From positions 128,001-192,000 of the IMG/VR virus record IMGVR_UViG_3300012983_000001: a stretch of 64,000 bases of DNA, one strand, 5' to 3'. The position numbers and the translations under genes were made by a program. Source of the stretch: a virus (Duplodnaviria > Caudoviricetes). Below the pieces are notes generated by a model. The model searched no databases. It was given only the letters and a program-made list of their open reading frames with translations, and was not told the DNA's origin. Shown here one piece after another: positions 1 to 9,011 of the stretch (position 1 is the first letter of the stretch; each line of letters starts with the position of its first letter).

Positions 1-3000
1 TATTGGTTGCATTTATCATAGGGATTGGGATGTTTACTGCATCAGCTTGTTCCTCATCGCTTTCCCAAATGTCAAACTCACCAGGGTCAAGATTATTTTG
101 ATGTACTAATTTTACTTTAACGTCTTCAATATTAGTAGCTTCATTCCATCCTATCCATGAAGCATCTGGTAATCCGTGCGTCTGGAAGTATTCCTGTAAG
201 CTAGGTTTTTTATCTACTGGCATTCCCCATGCAGACTGTAAAGCTCTTCGTAAATAACTAGGAGCAATACGTAATATCTTTTGTTTCTCTTCCTCAGGAG
301 CATCCATAAAGTGCTTAAAATACTGTCGTTCTTTCTTTGGAAGAGCACTCATGATATTTACTAAGGAGTCACCAGGTTCATAACCATACATGGTTTTGTC
401 CGCTGCTTGTTTATATTCAATGGCACGCATAGCATTTAATGGAAGTTTTGTTACTTTACGTTGGCTTTGTAACTCACTAAGCTCTTGATTGATTGCTCGA
501 ATTGTTTCTTGCTTGGTCATTGATTGCTCAACATACTTTGGTTCTCCATACTTAAAATTATACCTGTCTCTATGTTTGAAATCAAGCTTAACTTTTCGTT
601 TGAAATCAATAAGTTCCCGTTGCCTTAATGAATTAGTTACACCTTGAGCTTCATGAGATTTCATAAAACGTTCTACATCAAAGTTATTTTCCCTTTTAGC
701 TTTGGTTTTATATTGCTCATATAGACGCATATTTTTTACGTACTTTAATACATCTACATATTCATTGAGCTTTTCTTGCTCACGTCTACGTTTTGGACGC
801 CAATCTCGTTCTTTATCAGAGCCAGCGGCAAAGGCAATCTTTCCAATAGCTGGAAGACTTGCACCTACTGTAGCACCTACAATTTTACCAAATGCAGTTT
901 TGCCAAATAAACTTCCGATAAAACCTCCCATAAGAATACCGCCAAGTCCAAGAAATCTATTGTTTGCGATATTTTCTTCAACGTGTGGAATTAACATGTC
1001 TCTTACTGGATTATTCCATGACTGAAAATCTTTGCCGTATACTTCACGTTTACGATATTGCTCATATGGCGAACGCACTTGCATAAATTTACTACCAATG
1101 AACGGGATGCTACCAACAATATCATGAGTTACAGTTTCCATAGCAGAACCAAATGCAATCTCTCCTTGTGAATATCTGGCACGTATGCCCGCTGGAGAAT
1201 TATCGTCTTCTTTTTCTTTTGCATGACCTTGCTCTAATAATACTCTATTAACATTCTTTCCTTTAGAATGAACAACAGCACGAATAGACCGCGTGGAATC
1301 TTTAGAATATTTATTGCGCTCATCTGCATCATAAGAAATACGAATTTTAGCACCAGGTTTTACATAACTACGTATTGCTTGACGAGCTGCTTCATTCTTG
1401 GTACGTTTATCATCATACATTTCGCTTTCTGATGCAGATACGTTAATTCCAGCAAATTTAATTGCGTGACGTTTACCGTATTCTTTAGTAATAATTGTAT
1501 TGTTGTCGATAATTTTTGCAACAGTAACAGTTTCGGATTTAAGATTTGACGTTTTGAACTTATACGGATACACACGTAATGGTTCTTTCTGTTGAGTAAC
1601 TCTATCTCGAATCTGTGATACTTCTTCTTGCTCTTCGGTAGATAGCTTTTCCATACTTAACTGTGCAGAAACATCTCTGAATTCTTGTGAATACGGAGCA
1701 ACATCAGCAAGAATTCTAAATCTATCTAATGTACTATATAACTCACCACGACCAAGTTTGCCAGTTTCAATAGCATCTCTGATAGTCTGACGAGCACCAT
1801 ATACATTATTCAAAGTAGTTTCTAATTCTTTCTGACTGTAATCAAAACCAACAGTATACGTATTCATTGGGTTTTCTTTATCTACATAATGAATGTATCC
1901 TTTTGGTGTTCCTGTTGCCCACAAGTAGTAATTTGTTTGACGCATGTGATGTGTCAAAGGCTTTTCTGCCTTACGTATTTCTTCAAGCTTTTTAGCTGAT
2001 GTAGATTTAATATCTACGATTGCTGTTCCAGTTGGAGATGTAACGTCATGTACTTTAGCATCGTACCAGCCAACAATGCCATTACGTTTATCTTCTATTT
2101 TGCCTTCTACATCAATAGCAAGTCCTGACTGTAACCATGATTGCTGAATTTCTTTATGAATACGATTACCAGTATCAAGTGTTTCTTGCTCAAAAGCACT
2201 TTTATATTTATCGGCTTTAAGCATGTGCTTGATAATGTAATCTTGTTCATATCCGATAGAAGAAGAGCCAATATTAAAATCCATTAAGCCTTTGATACCA
2301 TGTAATCTTTCGTATCCCTCACCAGGTAATCTTTCTTCACCATTATCTATTTTAGAGTAAGGGTCGCCGTGCTTAAAATCTGTAAAGTAATTGGAACCAG
2401 GCATCCATGAAGGCATGGTATTTCTAATTGGATTGATGTATTCGACATTATTATTTCGTTTAGGAACAAAACGACGTGTAATTTCAGATAATCCTCCGCC
2501 TAAACCACCAAGATTAGCTTCCCAGAAATCATTATTGACACTGTATGCATACCCTGAATTTTCAATTACTCTTGCATTTTGATTAGCTTCGCCTGTAATA
2601 AAATTTTGCACTGCAAAACCTTTAAGACCTGCAATGTCAGCCAGCCAGTTGTATTGCTCGCCCATGCCATATACAAACGCATTATCAATAGATGGATTGT
2701 CATTACCAACAGGAATACCAGGTCCCATAAAATCATTGATTTCTACTTGCTGATTGGTGCCAAGAATTTTATTGATACTGTACATTTGTAAGTCTTGGTT
2801 AACATTATATAAGTTCATTTCGTCAGGAACGTCAACTACATTCAATGCACCAGAAGGAGTAGAGTACACTTCATAAGGATTATCGTATCTATCATAGGTG
2901 CGCACTGGCAATATACTTCTTTGTTGAAAAGTAATACCTGCTTTGTCTATAAAGGATTTTGATGTAATCTGCTTAGCATGATAAGCAGATGTTGTTAATG

Positions 3001-5806
3001 CATTCTGGTATATTGCATTGGAAACCGCTGTCTTTTGTTGCATTGTATTAAACGTATTGATATCCAATGCAGAATTATCCATACGTCCCGTAGTTAATAA
3101 TGGACTTGGTAACTCATCTAATGGATTGATTTGTAATCCGTTATTCCAGTATTCATGATGCATTCTTCTTGGCGGACTAATCACAGTACCAATAGTAGAG
3201 CTAAATGCTGGACCAATAATTGGTATATTTTGTCCTACAGGAGCAGTCTGTAAATACGGCCTATCGTGATAATGTTTCTTATCATAATGATTACGGTCAA
3301 AGATAAAATAGTTTAACGGAGCCAACGGATTTACAGGATTAGGATACCATGTATTATTGTAATACTCTTGACGAGAGCCCCATTTGGAATCACTGAATTC
3401 TACATCTGCCTCTACACGACGATAAATATTTGGCCTGAAATACATGATTTTACCACCAGTCCATGGTGTATTACCAGAGCCCCAATATCGTCCCTTACGT
3501 ACAGGGTCATATCCATTTTCAATGTATTCTCGTCGCTCTTCTGCTGTTTGAGTCAAACCAAGTCCGTAATCATGGATACCTAATTGGTCTGCGCCAGGTA
3601 CCATTTCTCCAAGAAACTTAAAGACATCAGTAGCCCCCACTAAGTCCATGGCATTATGAGCACCAACATCTATTGGCCTTACAACATTACGCATGAGATA
3701 TTTACTAATATTGTCACGATTACCTGTTTCGTCTCCACCACCAAAAAACGGTTCTGATAAATAGTTAATAACACCAGGTATCTGTGTTAATGCAAATACA
3801 GGTAATGCTCTTTTAAGAAGCAAATTACCAGCTAATGCCATTGATGAGTTTTTGCTATCTATGCTAAGACCTAATAACTTTGAAGCACCACCTAAACCTT
3901 CTGATAACTGATTAAATACTGTCCACAATATACCAGACCGTTCGGTAAAAAATTCGCTCATAACATCGTCGCCATCTGGAACTTTAGTACGTCCTGCAAC
4001 AAATTGCCTTACAAACCCTTGCAGCTCATACAGTGCATCTTCTGTATTGTTACTCTTAAAAGAGTTATATGCATTTCTTAATTTAAAGCCCTCTTTAGTT
4101 GTGGTATACATTCTAGGGATTTTACCATTATCCATGGTCCCTGCAAAGCCAGTACCAAATGCGCTTTTATACGTACCAGGTTCAATAGCTCTTATCATTT
4201 CTTCCATGTCATTATATTCGAAACCTGTTGTTTGAAATAATGGCCTGTCTGTTATCCATGAGATTGCTCTGTCTGTGATATTGTCTATACTTGTTGCTGT
4301 ATCAAGCGTTTGTCTCGCATCACTAGCTTCTGGATGAAATTCTTGATATCCCATATCAAGCATGTTACCAATACGATGTTTAGCTTTTTGAAACGTAGAC
4401 AATTCGCCGTAACCGTGTTCACGTAAATACTCAACGTATTCTTCAGTTGTTTGTTTGACAGGCTCACCCATACTTAATCCTGCCATTTGTCTTGACGCAT
4501 TTGTTAATGGAGTCAAGCCATAGTGTTCGTCAGCATAAGTAATGTCATGTAATTTCAAACCAGATGCGATTTCTTGTAGCTTACCTTCTCCATCTGTTAC
4601 AAAAGCATTGCCATTGATAACTGCTACTGATTTATCTTGAAACTCTTCACCAAAAGTTTCGGCCAACCAATCACCGATTCTTTTCTGACCGCCAATTCTT
4701 GTAATGTTTGGGTCATATTGACCACTACTAATTAAGCCCATGAGAGGCTTAACTCTACCTGCTTTATCAAATCCTAAAAGTGTTTTAAATGGATTGAATT
4801 GCACTAGTGGCAACTTAAAATCATTTGCTAAAGAATGTTGGAAGCCAACAATATTCTCTTTAGTCATTCTGTAGTCAAGTATACGACCAGCTTCGTCAAT
4901 ACGCATGTCGTTATCTATGATAATATTTCTCCAGTCTTGTTGCCATGCACTAGCATTTCTTGGTCCATATCCATGGAAACCTTCATTAAAGAAATCGGTA
5001 ACTTCGTTCAATAATGCATCATATTTATTATCTACAATGTCGCTTCTGCGCACAAGACGCCGTATACCATCCTGTTGAACAACATCTGCAACATCGCCTA
5101 ATGTCAAACGTTTATATCCAGATTCACGCAATTCTTGTACTACTTGACGTTCGGAAAGAGTCATAAAGCGCATAAATTCCTCCATGGCTTTATGGGTATA
5201 AACAACTCTATCACTGCTTGCAAATTTCTCTAAATGCTTCTCTAAATTAGCCATTTCTTGCATACGATAATGCAGTTCAGTATTACGGGTGTTCTGTCGT
5301 ATTTTTTGCAGACCAGCCTGGTTTTCTTGTATCATACGATGCAACAGTTGCATATCTTGCACTGTGCCATTCATGAGCTCTCTAACGTTGTGGAAGTTCG
5401 TTAAACGAGCACTTGACATGCTCATTGCATCTTGATAGATATCATAAAATAAACTAGTGTCTCTCTGTCTAAATAAACTTAGAGCAGGCGCATTATGTCT
5501 CTGTACCTTAGAACGATTTAGCTGTTCTGGTGTTAAGTGCTTTAATTGTGACCATTGCTTAATTGTAGACATAGCGACAGCTGCTCTATCTGTACCTTCG
5601 CGTGCGACAGTATCAGCAAGCTCTAAGAGTGGTTTCATAATTGGTTTTAGAATACCACTCTTATATAAACCATATCCACCTAAGGCCGCCAAACCAAGAC
5701 CTATTGTATTATACAAAACACCATTATCACTAGTGTCTTGATAATCCTGATAAGTCTGATTAGTCTCTCCTATTGTTCTTTGCTCTAATCTGTTGTCTAA
5801 TGACAC
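1..5806 (-). CDS. Giant tape-measure-like/ejected virion protein (>1,930 aa, runs off the window) with PD-(D/E)XK nuclease and degenerate SNase domains
   Basis: Absent from the ORF track because it has no stop in the window. GTG start at 5806 with SD GAGGTG. Frame is open in all segments translated by hand (MSLDNRLEQRTIGETNQ... to ...AVNIPIPMINATN). Follows two tail chaperones and has Gly-rich hydrophobic segments (e.g. FLGLGGILMGGFIGSLFG near 900-960). Confidence 0.8.
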   Translation of the reverse strand, partial: MSLDNRLEQRTIGETNQTYQDYQDTSDNGVLYNTIGLGLAALGGYGLYKSGILKPIMKPLLELADTVAREGTDRAAVAMSTIKQWSQLKHLTPEQLNRSKVQRHNAPALSLFRQRDTSLFYDIYQDAMSMSSARLTNFHNVRELMNGTVQDMQLLHRMIQENQAGLQKIRQNTRNTELHYRMQEMANLEKHLEKFASSDRVVYTHKAMEEFMRFMTLSERQVVQELRESGYKRLTLGDVADVVQQDGIRRLVRRSDIVDNKYDALLNEVTDFFNEGFHGYGPRNASAWQQDWRNIIIDNDMRIDEAGRILDYRMTKENIVGFQHSLANDFKLPLVQFNPFKTLLGFDKAGRVKPLMGLISSGQYDPNITRIGGQKRIGDWLAETFGEEFQDKSVAVINGNAFVTDGEGKLQEIASGLKLHDITYADEHYGLTPLTNASRQMAGLSMGEPVKQTTEEYVEYLREHGYGELSTFQKAKHRIGNMLDMGYQEFHPEASDARQTLDTATSIDNITDRAISWITDRPLFQTTGFEYNDMEEMIRAIEPGTYKSAFGTGFAGTMDNGKIPRMYTTTKEGFKLRNAYNSFKSNNTEDALYELQGFVRQFVAGRTKVPDGDDVMSEFFTERSGILWTVFNQLSEGLGGASKLLGLSIDSKNSSMALAGNLLLKRALPVFALTQIPGVINYLSEPFFGGGDETGNRDNISKYLMRNVVRPIDVGAHNAMDLVGATDVFKFLGEMVPGADQLGIHDYGLGLTQTAEERREYIENGYDPVRKGRYWGSGNTPWTGGKIMYFRPNIYRRVEADVEFSDSKWGSRQEYYNNTWYPNPVNPLAPLNYFIFDRNHYDKKHYHDRPYLQTAPVGQNIPIIGPAFSSTIGTVISPPRRMHHEYWNNGLQINPLDELPSPLLTTGRMDNSALDINTFNTMQQKTAVSNAIYQNALTTSAYHAKQITSKSFIDKAGITFQQRSILPVRTYDRYDNPYEVYSTPSGALNVVDVPDEMNLYNVNQDLQMYSINKILGTNQQVEINDFMGPGIPVGNDNPSIDNAFVYGMGEQYNWLADIAGLKGFAVQNFITGEANQNARVIENSGYAYSVNNDFWEANLGGLGGGLSEITRRFVPKRNNNVEYINPIRNTMPSWMPGSNYFTDFKHGDPYSKIDNGEERLPGEGYERLHGIKGLMDFNIGSSSIGYEQDYIIKHMLKADKYKSAFEQETLDTGNRIHKEIQQSWLQSGLAIDVEGKIEDKRNGIVGWYDAKVHDVTSPTGTAIVDIKSTSAKKLEEIRKAEKPLTHHMRQTNYYLWATGTPKGYIHYVDKENPMNTYTVGFDYSQKELETTLNNVYGARQTIRDAIETGKLGRGELYSTLDRFRILADVAPYSQEFRDVSAQLSMEKLSTEEQEEVSQIRDRVTQQKEPLRVYPYKFKTSNLKSETVTVAKIIDNNTIITKEYGKRHAIKFAGINVSASESEMYDDKRTKNEAARQAIRSYVKPGAKIRISYDADERNKYSKDSTRSIRAVVHSKGKNVNRVLLEQGHAKEKEDDNSPAGIRARYSQGEIAFGSAMETVTHDIVGSIPFIGSKFMQVRSPYEQYRKREVYGKDFQSWNNPVRDMLIPHVEENIANNRFLGLGGILMGGFIGSLFGKTAFGKIVGATVGASLPAIGKIAFAAGSDKERDWRPKRRREQEKLNEYVDVLKYVKNMRLYEQYKTKAKRENNFDVERFMKSHEAQGVTNSLRQRELIDFKRKVKLDFKHRDRYNFKYGEPKYVEQSMTKQETIRAINQELSELQSQRKVTKLPLNAMRAIEYKQAADKTMYGYEPGDSLVNIMSALPKKERQYFKHFMDAPEEEKQKILRIAPSYLRRALQSAWGMPVDKKPSLQEYFQTHGLPDASWIGWNEATNIEDVKVKLVHQNNLDPGEFDIWESDEEQADAVNIPIPMINATN

Positions 5807-6488
5807 TTAATACCACCTCATCTTTCCAGTGTGTTCCACCAATCAACGGGAAGTCTAATACTTCTTTTTTGAAGAGCTGTTGTAGTTCATCTGAGAAGTA
5901 ATACATTGGGTCAATGCCATTGTTCTGTAATTCTTTAATAAATTCTTGATTTTCAGAATGGATTTGTTCCATTTCTTGCATATACTCTTCAGTCTGGTCC
6001 TGAATATGCCAGTCAAAGCCTTTTAACTCAGCAACCTTTTCTGCTCGTACAGTCATGTGCATAAGCTTGCTCCATGTCCACTCTTCCATTTCTTCGTAAG
6101 TGTATTCTGGTATAAATGCTTTAATCAAATCCATGCATTGAATTTCAAGATTCGTATATTCTTTCATCTGCCTGTATTCTGCAAGTACATCTTGAATATT
6201 TTTAAGGCCAGAAGTAGTTTCTATGACATCAGCTATGTATTCATTCAAACCAGCAAAACCACTAGTTTCGAATTCATAGTCTTCTGGATAGACACAACAT
6301 GTATTACAGATTGCGTCTTCAATATCCATTTGTGATGCGCAACTTTTAAGTATATATTTATACTCTTTGCGCGTTAACGTTCTAAATACAAAGTCCGTAT
6401 CTAAAAAGCGGACATAAATAATCTTATGTCCGCTGTAAAGGTCTTTGTAGTAATTTAGTAATGCAACATCTACTTTATTATCAGCCAT
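5760..6488 (-). CDS. Tail assembly chaperone (paralogue 2)
   Basis: FVFRTLTRKEYK...ICNTCCVYP motif is shared with the 6501-7052 product; lies immediately upstream of the tape-measure-like gene. Confidence 0.65.
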   Translation of the reverse strand: MADNKVDVALLNYYKDLYSGHKIIYVRFLDTDFVFRTLTRKEYKYILKSCASQMDIEDAICNTCCVYPEDYEFETSGFAGLNEYIADVIETTSGLKNIQDVLAEYRQMKEYTNLEIQCMDLIKAFIPEYTYEEMEEWTWSKLMHMTVRAEKVAELKGFDWHIQDQTEEYMQEMEQIHSENQEFIKELQNNGIDPMYYFSDELQQLFKKEVLDFPLIGGTHWKDEVVLSVIRQQIRAKNNRRD

Positions 6489-6500
6489 GACAAGTTCCTC

Positions 6501-7052
6501 CTAAAGCACCTCTATGCCATATTCTTTTGTAAAGCCTGAGTTTTCCATGATGATTTGTGCCAGAGTACTAGGATAGCCACTATCTTCTGCTGCCATCTTC
6601 TTGAAATCGTAATTGTATGGCCACAATACACATGTATGACAGATAATTTCTTCTCGGTATAAAGCATCAATGTTTTCAATGGCGACGATTTGTTTGTACT
6701 CAAATCTGTTTAATGTTCTAAAAACAAAATGTCTATCTAAAATCTGAGTATGGAAGACTTTTTCTTTGGTGTATTGTTTCTTCCATAAGTCTACCTGGGA
6801 AATACCAGGGCCTCCTTCAAACAGTGGCGTATCATTTGGGTCAATGAAATATGTTTCTTCTGGCTCAGGCTCATGCTGTATTGCATACTCCTGTGTTTGT
6901 GCTTGAGGTTCATAAGAAACTTCAGGATAATCATTGTCCATCTCTGCTCTCATTTCTGCGTAAATGTCCTCCGTTTGACCTGCCTGTTTCTGTTGAGTTT
7001 CTAACTTTAGTTTTGCTGCGTTCATTAAATCGTTAATGTTGTGGTCTTCCAT
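6501..7052 (-). CDS. Tail assembly chaperone (paralogue 1)
   Basis: LWKKQY...FVFRTLNRFEYK...ICHTCVLWP...SGF pattern typical of tail chaperones; synteny. Confidence 0.65.
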   Translation of the reverse strand: MEDHNINDLMNAAKLKLETQQKQAGQTEDIYAEMRAEMDNDYPEVSYEPQAQTQEYAIQHEPEPEETYFIDPNDTPLFEGGPGISQVDLWKKQYTKEKVFHTQILDRHFVFRTLNRFEYKQIVAIENIDALYREEIICHTCVLWPYNYDFKKMAAEDSGYPSTLAQIIMENSGFTKEYGIEVL

Positions 7053-7068
7053 GGTATTTCCCTCCTGG

Positions 7069-7437
7069 TTACATTAAATTTTGTGTGGTGTCTTTAATCA
7101 TTTCACTGATATCTTGCATTAAGGATTCAACCTGTTGCTTTTTCTCAGCGATTTCTTCTTCTGAAGCTTGTTTCTTTTGCAACGTTAGCAATTCTTTTTC
7201 ACGCTTAGTCTTTTCTTCTTCAACATGCTCAACCTTAGCCATTGTCAAATAGAAGCCAGCGTAAATACCTGCGAATCCAAACGCTGAAATAATTAGCTGT
7301 GGTAACGCTTCATAGTTACCTGTATCGTGCATTTCTTTCATGGTGTATAAAGTAATAATGGATATAAAAGCAAAAGCAATCAGGCCGATAAGTTTAGACA
7401 TTGCCATAAAACGAAATTTAGGTCTTGTCTTTTTCAT
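7069..7437 (-). CDS. Two-TM membrane protein with C-terminal coiled coil (holin-like candidate)
   Basis: Basic N-terminus, two hydrophobic helices, charged tail. Confidence 0.45.
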   Translation of the reverse strand: MKKTRPKFRFMAMSKLIGLIAFAFISIITLYTMKEMHDTGNYEALPQLIISAFGFAGIYAGFYLTMAKVEHVEEEKTKREKELLTLQKKQASEEEIAEKKQQVESLMQDISEMIKDTTQNLM

Positions 7438-7466
7438 ATTATATCACCCTTTCTTGATATTTTCCA

Positions 7467-8222
7467 CTATCTACTACCGCCACCACTACCTCCGCCAGAA
7501 TAGCCACTGCCTCCTGTTACTGAAGATGCGCCGCCACCACCTTCATAACGTGAAGATGCAGATATATCATACGAAGGTTTATATGATGATGCTTTTGGCT
7601 TGATGAATGAAAAATCATATTTAATATCAGATGGGGTAGTTAATTCATTAGCACCTGTATATTTCATAACATCGCTAATTTCGTCTGACTCAACAACGTC
7701 TTGCGCAATAAATTCGTAAATTTCTGATACTGGATTACCAGAAGTATCGACTTCTACAGATACACTACGCATAAAGACGTTTTTAATAGTTTTAGTAATA
7801 GATTTATTGCCAAATACAATCTTGATATCTTTATGATTTTTACGATGCACTTTAAAGTTTCGGTCATCAAAGAAGGCATTGTAGTGAGGTGATTCAGTCA
7901 AATCATCAATAGTAGGGTCTTCTTGTTCATCACCATCACTTTCTATTGCATCCTGTAGACGACTAGTATAAAGTATCATAGATTGCCATACTGATGTAGT
8001 TAAAATACCAGTAACAGGTAAGCCCATCATTGCTTGAAATTGCGCTACGCCGTCTGCTACGGTTTCATCATATGTTCCTGTGGGTTTTACGTTAATGTAA
8101 CACTTATCAAGCATATCGCATACTTGATACACAAAAGTACCTGAAATTGCTGTATCGGCACTATTATATGCTAACTCATTGAGCTCATAATTTGTAAGCT
8201 CAGCAATAGATTGCGCTGTCAT
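7467..8222 (-). CDS. Peptidoglycan-binding-domain protein carrying the C-terminal half of a tube-like domain
   Basis: PG_binding_1-like TGTYDETVADGVAQFQAMMGLPVTGIL; C-terminal DIKIVFG...EIYEFIAQDV aligns by eye with the ends of the tube paralogues (FSFVARDI, VTWIARRL). Confidence 0.65.
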   Translation of the reverse strand: MTAQSIAELTNYELNELAYNSADTAISGTFVYQVCDMLDKCYINVKPTGTYDETVADGVAQFQAMMGLPVTGILTTSVWQSMILYTSRLQDAIESDGDEQEDPTIDDLTESPHYNAFFDDRNFKVHRKNHKDIKIVFGNKSITKTIKNVFMRSVSVEVDTSGNPVSEIYEFIAQDVVESDEISDVMKYTGANELTTPSDIKYDFSFIKPKASSYKPSYDISASSRYEGGGGASSVTGGSGYSGGGSGGGSR

Positions 8223-9007
8223 TGCCCTATTTGCACCTCCTTTTCATTAACATATCCTTCCCAACCATCGTTAGCTGTACGTACATACAGCCAGCCATCG
8301 TCGTATTTGTCATAAAGAATATAAATGTCTTGTGTTTCTAAAATAGTACGATATCCTGCGCTTTCCATGGGTGCAGTACGTAATTTAGTATTTTTGTATA
8401 TGCGACCAACTCGTAAATTTGTTTCATTTAACGCTTTGTCGATTTCGTACTTAGTAGATTCGGTTAATTTACCATTAGCCTCTACTCCATGGTCTTTTTG
8501 GAATTGTTTAATGACTTGAACTAATGTAGCAATAGGGGAGTTAGTATCTAATTGGTATCCAAGTAACATAAGCTTCTGACGATAACGAAATGTTTCATCG
8601 TCTTCGTTAATTGTATCTTCTACTTGCTGACCGATGTTTCCTGTAATCCAATCAACTGCATCCATGAGAGTTTGCTGATTGTCATTATAACTTTCTAGTG
8701 TTGAATGTTTACTGCGTTCAATAATTGTTTCCATTGGCGTTTGTGCTTCTGGATTCTTGATTGGCACTTTAAATGTGCCTGTAACGATACGGTTACCAAT
8801 CGCGACATCATCAAAAGTACGAGAAGCATATCCGTAAACTGGCTTTAATTGCTCTTGAATGGTATAACTTATGTACGCAATTTCGGATTGCTCCATGTCG
8901 TCCATGTAAATCTTCGTGTCGGTACTGGAGTAATACTCTTCCATAAAGAGATTTTCTTCTGTTTGCTCAATGCGAGGTATATATCTATGTGTCATTGAGG
9001 TAGCCAT
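8219..9007 (-). CDS. Tube-like (baseplate/tube initiator) N-terminal half + PG-binding + SH3b-like domain
   Basis: YYSSTD...ISYTIQEQLKPVYGYASRTFDDVAIGNRIVTGTF resembles the tube N-terminus; IKQFQKDHGVEANGKL (PG_binding_1); C-terminal GWLYVRT..GWEGYV (SH3). Confidence 0.65.
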   Translation of the reverse strand: MATSMTHRYIPRIEQTEENLFMEEYYSSTDTKIYMDDMEQSEIAYISYTIQEQLKPVYGYASRTFDDVAIGNRIVTGTFKVPIKNPEAQTPMETIIERSKHSTLESYNDNQQTLMDAVDWITGNIGQQVEDTINEDDETFRYRQKLMLLGYQLDTNSPIATLVQVIKQFQKDHGVEANGKLTESTKYEIDKALNETNLRVGRIYKNTKLRTAPMESAGYRTILETQDIYILYDKYDDGWLYVRTANDGWEGYVNEKEVQIGQ

Positions 9008-9011
9008 TTCA

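Noticed and set aside
1790-2270. CRISPR-Cas locus suggested by the Cas4-like domain
   Set aside because: No repeat-spacer array or other cas genes are visible; the domain is embedded in a virion gene.
5760-7052. Programmed frameshift between tail chaperones or into the tape measure
   Set aside because: The chaperones are separate paralogues with their own starts, and the giant ORF has its own SD and GTG. No clear slippery heptamer was seen.
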